Positions 19,388 through 29,015 of a stretch of DNA of 64,000 nucleotides are shown here, one piece after another. Source of the stretch: Bdellovibrionota bacterium (GTDB taxonomy: Bacteria > Bdellovibrionota > UBA1018 > UBA923). The translations under genes and the position numbers were made by a program. Location of the stretch: the NCBI GenBank assembly GCA_040754655.1, contig JBFMCE010000002.1, forward strand, positions 5,777 through 69,776, in the 5' to 3' direction. Position 1 is the first letter of the stretch; every line of letters starts with the position of its first letter. A model generated the notes under the pieces. It was not told the DNA's origin and ran no database searches. It was given only the letters and a program-made list of their open reading frames with translations.

Positions 19388-19459
19388 TTCCTCCTTCATT
19401 TTGAAAAAATTGAGTTCTCATCGTGGTGTGAACTCAATTTTTTCAAAATGAAGGAGGAA
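19388..19459. repeat. Perfect 30-bp inverted repeat with a 12-nt spacer between the divergent paralogs
   Basis: The arm TTCCTCCTTCATTTTGAAAAAATTGAGTTC pairs with GAACTCAATTTTTTCAAAATGAAGGAGGAA. Each arm carries the SD of one flanking gene. Candidate operator or RBS-sequestering hairpin. Confidence 0.8.
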
Positions 19460-19467
19460 CAATAAAG

Positions 19468-19785
19468 ATGATTCAAAATTTTCAAGCCTATGAATTGGCA
19501 TTACAACTCTACCGCAAGGTTGAGACGATCGAATTAAAACACCATCTGAAAGACCAACTCCTGAGAGCAAGTCAGAGTGTCGTGCTTAATCTTGCAGAAG
19601 GTTCCGCAAAACCGACTTGGAAAGACAAAACAAGGTTTTATGCCATTGCGTTTGGATCAATGAGAGAAGTTCAAGCCGTGTTTGATCTCATCTTGTTAGA
19701 AGATGCTGAAACACTAAAACTTGCTGATCGTATTGCAGCTTGTCTTTACCGTCTCACTTACCGCAACCGGCCACCGGATCGGTGA
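19468..19785 (+). CDS. Four-helix-bundle protein (23S rRNA IVS / Avd-like family), diverged paralog
   Basis: About 55% identical to the divergent neighbour, with the same family pattern. SD AAGGAGG 8 nt upstream. Confidence 0.75.
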   Translation: MIQNFQAYELALQLYRKVETIELKHHLKDQLLRASQSVVLNLAEGSAKPTWKDKTRFYAIAFGSMREVQAVFDLILLEDAETLKLADRIAACLYRLTYRNRPPDR

Positions 19786-19793
19786 CCGATTCG

Positions 19794-19823
19794 GAATCGG
19801 GCACCGTTAACCGCTAACGGCTA
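19794..19823. repeat. 30-nt direct repeat, copy B. It also forms a hairpin followed by a T-run, so it can act as a terminator.
   Basis: Identical to 19044-19073. It is followed by CTATCCGTTTTTT and could terminate the + paralog; the convergent MFS gene ends at 19832. Confidence 0.7.
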
Positions 19824-19831
19824 TCCGTTTT

Positions 19832-21187
19832 TTAATGCCCTGCTGCTGCCTTTGCCGTCTTCGGTCTCGCATTCCAAAGAGTGAGCATCAACAAACCACC
19901 GACGACCGCAAAACCGATCATCGAAGGTCCCCAAGCCGCCCAGCCAAAACGATCGAGAAGATAACCCATTCCAATGCCAACAAAAGCGCCGCCAATGTAT
20001 TGCATCCCATCAAACATTCCGGCTGCAGTAGCCGCGGCTTTCTTGCCGCCAAAATCCATCGAGGCGGTCCCTGAAAGCATTGAATGCACAACGCTAATCG
20101 AGAAGGAATTCAAAACAAAGGCCGCGATAATCCAGCCCAAGCTTGGCGCCTTCCAAATAACAGCAAGACAAGCCACTTGAACGAAGTAACCCAAGAATGC
20201 GACCGGAGTGCGACGACCTTTGAAAACCCAGTCTGAAATCGTTCCCGCAAAAAAAGCGCCCGCGATACCGGCAATGACCACGGCCGCAGCCCCCTTTTGA
20301 AAAACACCGGATTCCAGAGGAAGTTTTTGCGCCTCGATCATGTAACGTGGAAACCACTGCTCAAACCCATGTCGCACAAAGCCCGTGCAAAACTCGGCAG
20401 CCGCGATCGTCAGTGTTACCGGATTGGTGAAGACTTTCTTAAAAACATATTTAAAACTGACCTTCTCGGTATCGCCGCTGGAAGCATCTTGGACATCAAG
20501 CGCGGGCAAGCCGCACTCGTCAGGTCCATTGCGCACGAACCGGTAGGTCAAGTACGCCATGACAGCCACGACGATCGAAGGGACAAAAAAGACCCACTGC
20601 CACGGAAGGATGGTCACTAAAACCCCGCCGATGAAAAAGATCAAAGCCCGCCCGCTTTGAATCATGCTGCCGAAGATCGCCGAGAACACGCCGCGCTCGC
20701 TGATGTGGAACCAACCTGAGTTCACCTTGATCAAAGCCAAAGCGCTGTAAGATTGAAAGTACGAGTTCATCGACCAAACTACGGTGAAATACAAAAGAAG
20801 AAATTCGCCTGTTCCCAGAAAACCAAGATAAGCGCCCAAACCAAAAAGAAAGTTAAAAACAACCGTGCCTGTCGCGCCAATGAGCATTGCGCGCCTTCCA
20901 CCGATCTTATCCGCGATAGGCCCGTTGAAAAGCGCTGAAAGACCATAAATCATCAGGGCAGAACTGATGATGGTCCCCACTTGGGTCTTATCCCACCCGT
21001 ACTGCGTAGAAAGAGACTTGTTTGCAAACGAGAGATTGTACCTGCCCATGTACATCGCCGCATAGGTGAACCCCAAGGTCAGCCAGTTGATACCCCGCCT
21101 GCGTCGAAATGCCATCGTATAACTGTCCGTAAAACGCGCTGGCTTTCGAATGGCGGCTCCGTTCATTGTGGCAGAAGTGTTTGACAT
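19832..21187 (-). CDS. MFS organophosphate:phosphate antiporter (GlpT/UhpC-like, OPA family)
   Basis: 12-TM MFS protein. GlpT-like motifs include GRYNLSFA, G..DKIGGRR and PRYMIE. The start is chosen at MSNTSAT because SD AGAGGGGA lies 7 nt upstream. Confidence 0.7.
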   Translation of the reverse strand: MSNTSATMNGAAIRKPARFTDSYTMAFRRRRGINWLTLGFTYAAMYMGRYNLSFANKSLSTQYGWDKTQVGTIISSALMIYGLSALFNGPIADKIGGRRAMLIGATGTVVFNFLFGLGAYLGFLGTGEFLLLYFTVVWSMNSYFQSYSALALIKVNSGWFHISERGVFSAIFGSMIQSGRALIFFIGGVLVTILPWQWVFFVPSIVVAVMAYLTYRFVRNGPDECGLPALDVQDASSGDTEKVSFKYVFKKVFTNPVTLTIAAAEFCTGFVRHGFEQWFPRYMIEAQKLPLESGVFQKGAAAVVIAGIAGAFFAGTISDWVFKGRRTPVAFLGYFVQVACLAVIWKAPSLGWIIAAFVLNSFSISVVHSMLSGTASMDFGGKKAAATAAGMFDGMQYIGGAFVGIGMGYLLDRFGWAAWGPSMIGFAVVGGLLMLTLWNARPKTAKAAAGH

Positions 21188-21286
21188 AAAGCTTCCCCTC
21201 TTTGACTTGCGACTTCCCCGAGCAGGAAACAACTAACGAGGGCGCTTTCAAGTGTCAACGGTATACGCCTTGCATTTTCCGCTCTC

Positions 21287-21796
21287 ATGTTGATCTACAA
21301 GAGTCGGGTGTTTGACCTTTACACTACAAACGTAGGATCACGACAGGTTCCATTCGAATACGTGGGGCACCGCGGAAGCTGCGCCGCGCTCATCCTCAAC
21401 CCCAATGAAGAGATTGGGCTTTTGCCCCACACGAGGCCCGCGATCGGAAAGACTTTATTTGAACTTCCGGCCGGAACGCTTGACCTTGAACTCTCGTCTG
21501 AAGACACGATGATCCAAGAGCTTAAAGAAGAGGCGGGTCTGTGCATTTCAAAGCAACAGATTCGACGCTTGACGTCACTCTATACTTCCCCAGGTTACAC
21601 TTCTGAACTTCTGGCTCTTTTTTTAGTGCGCCTTCGCAAAGAACAAGCATCGGGCAACGAAAGCCTGCGGTGGTTCAGCCTCGATGAATTGGGCAAGCTG
21701 ATCTGCAAAGAACAGATCGTCGATATGAAAACCGTAGCCGCAATCAGCCTCTATCAGGCCTTGCCGTGGGAGGAGAATTTGGATGAAAGCGCGTAA
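21287..21796 (+). CDS. NUDIX hydrolase
   Basis: Nudix-box-like segment ELPAGTLDLELSSEDTMIQELKEEAGL. Confidence 0.6.
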   Translation: MLIYKSRVFDLYTTNVGSRQVPFEYVGHRGSCAALILNPNEEIGLLPHTRPAIGKTLFELPAGTLDLELSSEDTMIQELKEEAGLCISKQQIRRLTSLYTSPGYTSELLALFLVRLRKEQASGNESLRWFSLDELGKLICKEQIVDMKTVAAISLYQALPWEENLDESA

Positions 21797-22484
21797 ACAA
21801 AAAGAATGGTGCGATTTCTCTCACATGGCTTTTGACATAGATGGAACCTTGCTCAACAGCAACATTGCTCATGTTTGGGCCTGGCAAGACGCCATAGAAA
21901 AAGAGAACCTCTTTTTGCCGCATACCACGTTGTTCCTTCAGATGGGACTTCCCGGAAACCAGATCCTCGAAAAATTTTCATATGTATTTAAAGACAAAAT
22001 CGTGGCGAAACGGATCGGCGAGAACGCCGCAAAGTTCTATATAGAGAAATATGTCGACCTGATCGCGCCCTACGACGGCGTCTATGATTTTCTCTCTCTG
22101 CTCAAATCAAACCGCCGCAAGATCTATGCGCTCACCTCAGCCTCAAGCGGCGAAGCAAACTCAATGCTCAAGAGGTTCAAACTCAACCCATATTTCGATC
22201 TCGTGCTTACGAAAGAAGACCTGGGCGCAGGCAAGCCCACTGCGGAACCTTTCCTAAAACTGCGTGAAAGGCTGGGAACAAAGGCGGATCTGATTTCTTT
22301 TGGGGACAGCCCTTTTGACCTCAAGGCTTCATCGGCGGCCGGAGTGCCCTTTGTCTACCTTGGCCACGGGGGTTTTCCCCGCGAATGGTTTTCAAAAGCG
22401 CGGGCCTGCTTTTTCAACATCAACCACATCCTAGAAAGCTTCAAAGCACGTGAAAAAGCATCGATGAAAACGGCCGCCGCCTAA
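21783..22484 (+). CDS. HAD-superfamily hydrolase (subfamily IA-like)
   Basis: Motif I FDIDGTLLNS. SD GAGGAG 7 nt upstream of the ATG. It overlaps the NUDIX gene by 14 nt. Confidence 0.7.
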   Translation: MKARKQKEWCDFSHMAFDIDGTLLNSNIAHVWAWQDAIEKENLFLPHTTLFLQMGLPGNQILEKFSYVFKDKIVAKRIGENAAKFYIEKYVDLIAPYDGVYDFLSLLKSNRRKIYALTSASSGEANSMLKRFKLNPYFDLVLTKEDLGAGKPTAEPFLKLRERLGTKADLISFGDSPFDLKASSAAGVPFVYLGHGGFPREWFSKARACFFNINHILESFKAREKASMKTAAA

Positions 22485-22528
22485 GCGAAGCAGAGCGGAC
22501 TTCATTTCAACGGGGCAGAGAGCTCTCA

Positions 22529-23197
22529 TTACTTTACCTTGACCGCCATGGTGAGCCCCTCACCGGTGGGTAGAATGGTGGAACGAAACCTTCCTCCTTG
22601 GGCTGCCATCTGATTGAACTCGCGAAGACCCAGAACCGACTTTTGGGTTTCGGGCTCTTCAATCGCCTCATCGGTAATGCGCCCCCAGGCAAAGGTATTG
22701 TCGCCCAGAACAACCCCGCCGATGCGAAGGTTTTCCGCAGCCCATTTCAAGTAATAAGGATAGGTTTCCTTGTCGGCATCAATGAAGACCAAGTCAAAAG
22801 GTCCTTGAGACTTGATCTTAGGAAGGTTTGCCAAAGCGGAGCCCACATAAATCTCAACACGATCTGCGAACCCTGCATTTTCAAAAGATTTTTTCGCGAC
22901 TTCCGCATGCAAAGGGACATATTCGAAAGTGTAGAGCTTACCTTGAGGCGACATTCCGCGCAAAATCGAAACGCCCGAGTACCCTCCAAGAGTTCCGATT
23001 TCAACTGCCTTCTGCGCTCCGATGGCCCTAGTGATCACTTCAAGGTGAAGCGCGTCCATCGAACCCACTTGAATCGCGGGCAATCCTTTTCGCTCGCACT
23101 CGATGCGAACCTCTCGTAAAATCGCATCTTCCGGACGGAATAACTTTTCCACGTAATCGACGATCTTAGGATCGTTCTGGCCAAAATTCTTGTTCAT
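22529..23197 (-). CDS. Class I SAM-dependent O-methyltransferase (family 3, caffeoyl-CoA OMT-like)
   Basis: Motifs VEIGTLGGYS, DLVFIDADK and ENLRIGGVV. Confidence 0.75.
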   Translation of the reverse strand: MNKNFGQNDPKIVDYVEKLFRPEDAILREVRIECERKGLPAIQVGSMDALHLEVITRAIGAQKAVEIGTLGGYSGVSILRGMSPQGKLYTFEYVPLHAEVAKKSFENAGFADRVEIYVGSALANLPKIKSQGPFDLVFIDADKETYPYYLKWAAENLRIGGVVLGDNTFAWGRITDEAIEEPETQKSVLGLREFNQMAAQGGRFRSTILPTGEGLTMAVKVK

Positions 23198-23521
23198 GTC
23201 CTGTCGGTAGTACCTTGCCTCAGGCTGTTGCGCAAGTTACTAGGCGATCATTCGATGCTTCGAATTCGGAATCCTTCTCGTTCGCTCATGCGAATAGACG
23301 GAGCTCCTACCGCAAAGCGCGGAAGCGTAGGTTTGCGTTCAGTTTCACAACGTTGGTTCATCGCCATAGTTTTCCCCCCGGTAGCCACAGCACTAAGATG
23401 TGCGAGTGATATGAGCAAGCAGCGTGCCAATAGACCCTAAGCTTGAGTCATAAGTATTTTGTTGCGTTTCCTGAAAATGGCCCAGCAATTTTGCATGACC
23501 TCGTGTGCAAATTGCAGTGCT

Positions 23522-24253
23522 TCAAGGCCATTCCAGCTCTGCAAGCAATGCGGCATGGTCTGAAAGGTTCGCCCAGATATCGGAATGCAGGCAGCGCGCC
23601 GCGCGTATTTCAAAACCATGGTAATAAATTCGGTCTAAACGAAGAATCGGCATGCGCGCAGGAAATGTGCGTGCGTGCCTTTTGTGACGGCGGTGATAGG
23701 CTTCTTCCAGGCCCAGCTCCTTCTTGAAGAATTTTGAGAGCCGCAGAGCCCAGTCATTGAAATCACCGGCGACCACCAACCCGTGCCCGAAAGCGACCTT
23801 CTGCTTGATGCGTTCGCAGAGCAATGCCGCTTGCAATTGCCTGTCGCGTTCGAACAATCCGAAATGCACGCACAGCAAATGCATCTCGGGCCGAGACTCA
23901 AAAGGTTTGATCACGGCATGCAAAAGCCCTCGCCTCTCAAGAGAACTCGTAGACACGTCTTGGTTTTCCCAATGCAAGATCGGATATTTGCTTAAGATCG
24001 CATTGCCATGGTGGCCACCTTGGTAAACGGCGTTTTTCCCATACGCAAAATGCGGCCAGATAGAGTCGGCCATGAATTCAAACTGCGGCTCCATCTCGCC
24101 CTGCTTCTCGCCCATGACCTCTTGAAGGAACACCACATCCGGCGAGACCGTACGAATGGCCTCTCGGATCTCGCTCAATACATAGGCGCGATTACGCACG
24201 GTAAAACCCTTGTGGATGTTGTAGGAAAGAATCCTCAAATATTTTGCGCTCAT
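23522..24253 (-). CDS. Endonuclease/exonuclease/phosphatase (EEP) family protein, YbhP-like
   Basis: EEP motifs LSYNIHKG, VVFLQE, GDFND and SDH. The start MSAKYL is reassigned; its ATG overlaps the upstream cls-fusion stop as ATGA. Confidence 0.75.
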   Translation of the reverse strand: MSAKYLRILSYNIHKGFTVRNRAYVLSEIREAIRTVSPDVVFLQEVMGEKQGEMEPQFEFMADSIWPHFAYGKNAVYQGGHHGNAILSKYPILHWENQDVSTSSLERRGLLHAVIKPFESRPEMHLLCVHFGLFERDRQLQAALLCERIKQKVAFGHGLVVAGDFNDWALRLSKFFKKELGLEEAYHRRHKRHARTFPARMPILRLDRIYYHGFEIRAARCLHSDIWANLSDHAALLAELEWP

Positions 24254-26346
24254 CTCAAGCGAAACACTCCGACGCCGACAGTAGCAACAATGTAGAAAAC
24301 AAAAAACCCGATGCCGCCATTGAAACCCAGGGTCTCCGATACTATCCCGCTCAAATAAGAAAGCCCGGCATACAACGACGACAACCATACTCCCGAGGCC
24401 AGAAACCACCGTACCGGAAAAGAAAACACTCCTTGATAACCGATCTTCGACTGAAAACCGATCCTGGGATCTGCCATCACCAAGAGCAGAAGCCAGAAAT
24501 TTCTCAGCCCGAAAGTGCGGTGCAGCCTTTCAGAAGAAGCCTTGCGATAAAAAACCCGAGCCACGGTAGGAAAGATTCTGGCAAACGTATATCCGGCCAG
24601 GGCAGACGAAAAGAGCGCGAAAAAAGAAGTGAGTCCCCCTGCCCTCGGCCCGAATTGGAGACCCGCTGCAATCACCCCCAGGCCCACAGGCAACGGCACA
24701 AGCCAGCTGGCGCTTAAGAACAAGATATAGAGCACGGCCCAGGCGAGGGGCTGGGGCTGAAAGGTAGGGCCAAGGGCTTTCATGGCTGAACCCAGCGCCA
24801 CGAACGCCAAACCATGGGTAAACAATAGCGCACCCCAAGTCAGAAACGGAAGCGCTCGCCTCATCCTCTTGCTGCGCTCAACAGAAAGACGCGCCTTCAA
24901 GAAAAAAGCCCATGGAACATTGGGATCAAAGAGCCTGCCTATCGGCAGATGCTTGGCGAGCCATGCCTCAAAGGTGCGGAAATAAGGCAACCAAGCCTCG
25001 CGAAAGTGCTTCAGATAGACATGAGGTTCGGTTCGAAACTCGCGCACATGAATGGTCTCTTCCGGATAGAACAGGCTGAACGTCTTTTGCCCCCAATGCG
25101 CGACGATGCGTTTGGCAAGGCGGGCGATGCGCAAGCGCGTCTCTTCAGTTTCGCCCACTAAAGTGAGGTTGAGCTCAGTGTCGAGCCGAAACGCGCGGTT
25201 ATTGAGGTTGGCAGAGCCTATCGCCATGTAGCGGTCATCAACGATCGCGACCTTTGAGTGCACGTAAATGCTCTTCTCATCAGAGAGGTCCGGAGCCAGA
25301 GCATACGGGCATCCCGCGACAAACAACGTCCGCGTTTCTTTTGCGACCTTCTCAAGGCGTTCTAAAAGCGCTGTCTGTAAAACTCCCATCATTCGAAATG
25401 CCGTCGACCCATTGAGTGGCGCCGGAACGACAAGTAGAATTTTCAAGCCCGTTCCCGCCCGCGCTCGCATCAAAGTTGAAAGTTCATCATTGATTTGCGG
25501 CGACCAGTAGTACTGGTTCTCAATCACCAACTGGTGGCGCACCGACCGGATAAGGTCGTGGATGAGAAACTCGCTTTCCCTCACCAAGAGCGGACGACGC
25601 AAATCGACCGAAGCCCGGGTTCGGCTGATCAACAGCCGGTATTTTCCCGCTCCTTCCAAACGCGCCATCCGCGGCCGTTCGGGAAACGGAATCGAACTGA
25701 TCGCTCGCCAACGCGCTCCGATGTACTCAACCAGGTCTACGGCCACCTCTCCCCGCACTTCAACCGTCATGTCGTGGTAAGGGCGATGTTCTTCTTTTTC
25801 GTGATCCAGCGAACGCCTGCTATCGGAATAGAAATGTTGGGGAGAATCCCAACGGTCATCGCAGATATCGACCCCGCCCACAAAGGCGGTTTCACCATCA
25901 ATGATGACGAATTTTTCATGATGCGATCCTCCGAGCGGGTGCCGGTTATCAAAGACGAAATGCAGGCGCTCGTGCAGCCCCTCCCAAACCCAGCTTTGCA
26001 GGATCTCGCGTTCGAAGACATAAAAATACGCATAGTCCCAGACGAGAAAGTAGATGTGGAAGTCAGGCTTTTCGGCGCACAAACGCACGAGAAATTCCCT
26101 AAAGCTCTCATGACGCGACGTCGAAAGCTCGATGCGCGAATCGAGCTGCCACCCTACGAAAATCGCATAAGAATAGGCCTTGCCCAAACACTCTTGAAGA
26201 CGCTCATAATAAGGGCCGGCTTCCCAAATCGGCTCCCAGACCTCACTCGTCGTTTGACGATAGTAGGCGCGCTGAGAGAGTTCTTCTTTCCAGTGAAGTG
26301 GTCCGGGCTTCTCTGTCTTTGCCCGCAACGCGCTTTGAAATTTCAT
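24250..26346 (-). CDS. Cardiolipin synthase / phospholipase D (two HKD motifs) fused to a C-terminal YbhN/UPF0104-like membrane domain
   Basis: HKD motif 1 is HHEKFVIIDGETAFVGGVDI and HKD motif 2 is YVHSKVAIVDDRYMAIGSANLNNRA. The C-terminal ~200 aa is polytopic. Confidence 0.75.
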   Translation of the reverse strand: MKFQSALRAKTEKPGPLHWKEELSQRAYYRQTTSEVWEPIWEAGPYYERLQECLGKAYSYAIFVGWQLDSRIELSTSRHESFREFLVRLCAEKPDFHIYFLVWDYAYFYVFEREILQSWVWEGLHERLHFVFDNRHPLGGSHHEKFVIIDGETAFVGGVDICDDRWDSPQHFYSDSRRSLDHEKEEHRPYHDMTVEVRGEVAVDLVEYIGARWRAISSIPFPERPRMARLEGAGKYRLLISRTRASVDLRRPLLVRESEFLIHDLIRSVRHQLVIENQYYWSPQINDELSTLMRARAGTGLKILLVVPAPLNGSTAFRMMGVLQTALLERLEKVAKETRTLFVAGCPYALAPDLSDEKSIYVHSKVAIVDDRYMAIGSANLNNRAFRLDTELNLTLVGETEETRLRIARLAKRIVAHWGQKTFSLFYPEETIHVREFRTEPHVYLKHFREAWLPYFRTFEAWLAKHLPIGRLFDPNVPWAFFLKARLSVERSKRMRRALPFLTWGALLFTHGLAFVALGSAMKALGPTFQPQPLAWAVLYILFLSASWLVPLPVGLGVIAAGLQFGPRAGGLTSFFALFSSALAGYTFARIFPTVARVFYRKASSERLHRTFGLRNFWLLLLVMADPRIGFQSKIGYQGVFSFPVRWFLASGVWLSSLYAGLSYLSGIVSETLGFNGGIGFFVFYIVATVGVGVFRLR

Positions 26347-26405
26347 AGCCGCAAAGGGGGCTGCAAGTCATAGACCAGGCGCGCTTTGTGCATGACTTTG
26401 GTCGC

Positions 26406-26906
26406 ATGAATGCTCAACCAAAACCGCAACAACACCTCTCGGCGCTAGACTTTGTATTCAGCCAACATGATCAGCTTAATCTTGAACTCAAACTTCTTCT
26501 TAAACTGACCGCATTATGCGGCAGGCCAAGTGAAAACCGAGATCAAATCGAAGCAGAGTGGAATGAGATGAGAAAACTTGTGGCGAGGGTGCATCACTAT
26601 GTAAACGGGTTGTTACCAGACCATCAGCGGTTTGAGGAAAAAAAGATCTTCGAGGTGGCACGACCAAGGCTGTCAACCCACGAGCAACGCCAAATGGAAG
26701 AATTGATCCAAGAACACCGCAGCATGGAACCTCTCATTGAGCGTCTTTCAGGCTCACTGAAACAATGGATGAATTTCGCCCAAGCTCCTTCGAGCGAAGA
26801 ACTTTTGCGATTCAATTGGCTCGCAGATGAATTTCGTTTTCACGTCGAGGGCCACGAGAAAAAAGAAGAGGCGGTGCTCTCATTGCTTGGAACCGCTATA
26901 GGCTAG
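26406..26906 (+). CDS. Hypothetical protein, possibly hemerythrin-like (HHE)
   Basis: His/Glu-rich helical segments (LLPDHQRFEEKKIFEV; FHVEGHEKKEEAVLSLL). Start set to the first in-frame ATG after the GTG at 26388. Confidence 0.4.
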   Translation: MNAQPKPQQHLSALDFVFSQHDQLNLELKLLLKLTALCGRPSENRDQIEAEWNEMRKLVARVHHYVNGLLPDHQRFEEKKIFEVARPRLSTHEQRQMEELIQEHRSMEPLIERLSGSLKQWMNFAQAPSSEELLRFNWLADEFRFHVEGHEKKEEAVLSLLGTAIG

Positions 26907-26916
26907 CGTTTCGCAT

Positions 26917-28776
26917 TCAAGTGTTTCGCACGACCGAGCGGCGATTGCCTTCAAGGATCTTTTTCCGGATGCGAACGCTCTCAGGCGTCACTTCAACCCA
27001 CTCGTCCTCATCGATCCACTCTAAGCATTCTTCGAGCGACATATTGCGAACACCGCGTAGAGTAACCAAAACCTCCGCGTGAGCGGCGCGAATATTCGTG
27101 AGCTTCTTCTCCCGGCAAGGATTGACGTTGAGATCGTTGTCACGGTTGTTTTCGCCAATGACCATTCCTTCGTATACAGGGGCGCCCGGTTTCACGAAAA
27201 GAATGCCCCGGTCCTCGAGTCCTAGCAGACCATACTCAACAGCCTCGCCTGTTCTATCGCTCACAAGAGCGCCATTCACGCGATGCACGAGCGTGCCGCG
27301 CCACGGGCGATAATCCTCGAACTGAGTATTGAAGATGCCTTCACCACGAGTTTCCGTAAGATAGCGTGAGCGGATTCCAATCAGTCCACGAGTGGGGATG
27401 ACGAATTCAAGCCGAACCCTGCCCTCATGCTCTGTTTTGTATTCGAGCAATTGGCCCTTGCGGGTTTGAAAGAGGTCTGTCACCGCTCCAACGTAGGTTT
27501 GAGGAAGGTCAAGGATAGCCCGCTCATGAGGTTCTTGCTTTTGGCCATCGATCTCTTGAACAACGACCATGGGTTTTCCGACCATGAACTCGTAACCCTC
27601 TCGCCGCATCTGTTCGATCAAGATGGCAAGCTGCAACTCGCCTCTGCCCAAAACCCTGAACTGCTCTGAACTCTCGGTCGGCTCCATGCGAAGCGCGACA
27701 TTTCCGCGGGTTTCTCGTTCAAGCCGTTCTTTGAGTTTTCGCGACTGGATCGGTTCGCCTTCTTTTCCTGAAAGCGGCGAGGTGTTCACTGAGAACACCA
27801 TGCTGATCGTCGGTGGATCGACTTTGATCCGAGGCAAAGCCACGGGTTGCGTGCCTGGTTCCGGTAAAGTTACCAGGGTGTCGCCAATTTCTACCGACTC
27901 ATTGCCTGCGAAAACCCCGATGTCGCCCGCGACAAGCTCCGCGACTTCGATCTGTTTGAGGCCTTCGAAAGTATAAAGGGCCGACAGATTGAAAGTCTCT
28001 GTCTTTCCATTGTCACCCAGACGCATCAGGCGCGCGCCTTTTTTGACCCGTCCCTGCGTAACGCGCCCGATGGAAAGGCGTCCCACGTATTCGCTGTACG
28101 AGAGATTGCTCACCAAGACTTGAAATGGGCGATCGAGATCGCGCTTTGGCGGGGAAACATCGCGCAGGATCACGTCGAATAAAGGACGAAGGCCAGCCCC
28201 CTTCGTTTTTCCCGCAAGCAACTCTTCAAGATCGTCGTGATTCTCGGTGCACCACCCCTGGCGAGCACAGGCATAGACGATCGGAAAATCTGCTTGGCGT
28301 TCATCCGCGCCAAGATCCATGAATAAATCGAAGGTCGCATTGACGACATGGTCTACCCTGGCGTCAGGACGATCGACCTTGTTTACGACCAGAATGATGC
28401 GCAACCCCTGCTTCAGCGCCTTTGAGAGCACAAACCTTGTTTGAGGAAGGGGTCCTTCCGCGGCATCCACGAGCAGAAGCGCCCCGTCGACCATGCCCAT
28501 GATGCGCTCTACCTCGCCTCCGAAGTCGGCGTGGCCAGGCGTATCGACGATGTTGATCTTGGTATCGCCCACCCGGACCGAGGTGTTTTTCGCCAAGATG
28601 GTGATTCCGCGCTCGCGCTCAAGGTCCATCGAATCCATGACGCGCTCGACAAGCGCCTCGTGGCTTGCGAAAGCCCCAGACTGCCTGAGCAAGCCGTCAA
28701 CTAAAGTTGTTTTACCATGATCGACGTGAGCGATGATGGCGACGTTCCGTATATCTTTAAATGGTATTTGTGACAC
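26917..28776 (-). CDS. typA: Translational GTPase TypA/BipA
   Basis: G-domain motifs AIIAHVDHGKTTL, DTPGHADF and NKVDR, then EF-G-like domains. 619 aa with a GTG start. Confidence 0.9.
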   Translation of the reverse strand: MSQIPFKDIRNVAIIAHVDHGKTTLVDGLLRQSGAFASHEALVERVMDSMDLERERGITILAKNTSVRVGDTKINIVDTPGHADFGGEVERIMGMVDGALLLVDAAEGPLPQTRFVLSKALKQGLRIILVVNKVDRPDARVDHVVNATFDLFMDLGADERQADFPIVYACARQGWCTENHDDLEELLAGKTKGAGLRPLFDVILRDVSPPKRDLDRPFQVLVSNLSYSEYVGRLSIGRVTQGRVKKGARLMRLGDNGKTETFNLSALYTFEGLKQIEVAELVAGDIGVFAGNESVEIGDTLVTLPEPGTQPVALPRIKVDPPTISMVFSVNTSPLSGKEGEPIQSRKLKERLERETRGNVALRMEPTESSEQFRVLGRGELQLAILIEQMRREGYEFMVGKPMVVVQEIDGQKQEPHERAILDLPQTYVGAVTDLFQTRKGQLLEYKTEHEGRVRLEFVIPTRGLIGIRSRYLTETRGEGIFNTQFEDYRPWRGTLVHRVNGALVSDRTGEAVEYGLLGLEDRGILFVKPGAPVYEGMVIGENNRDNDLNVNPCREKKLTNIRAAHAEVLVTLRGVRNMSLEECLEWIDEDEWVEVTPESVRIRKKILEGNRRSVVRNT

Positions 28777-29015
28777 GAAGCCAATCTACGCGGCGTGGGC
28801 GCCGTATGCAAGCGTAAGTAAGGTCAAGATCCATTAACAAGCAGTATTAGCCAAGATAAATCCGCGCTTTGCTTTTAAAGAAGGCCAGGAAAAGCCAGAT
28901 TGCATTGTCGCTCTAGAGAGGGGCACCACAATCCTAAAGAGAGGGTTTAGAGGGGTTTGCGCCAAACCAAGGTTCAATTTCAGTTATTCCTTTCGAGAAG
29001 CCGAGGAATTATCCG

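Noticed and set aside
19388-19459. Considered whether the four-helix-bundle pair plus palindrome is a diversity-generating retroelement
   Set aside because: No reverse transcriptase, template repeat or variable repeat is present within the window. Only the Avd-like family resemblance remains.
25495-26373. 292-aa + strand ORF
   Set aside because: Entirely antisense to the cls-YbhN fusion gene, which has strong HKD motifs. No RBS or family features. Likely a codon-bias shadow ORF.
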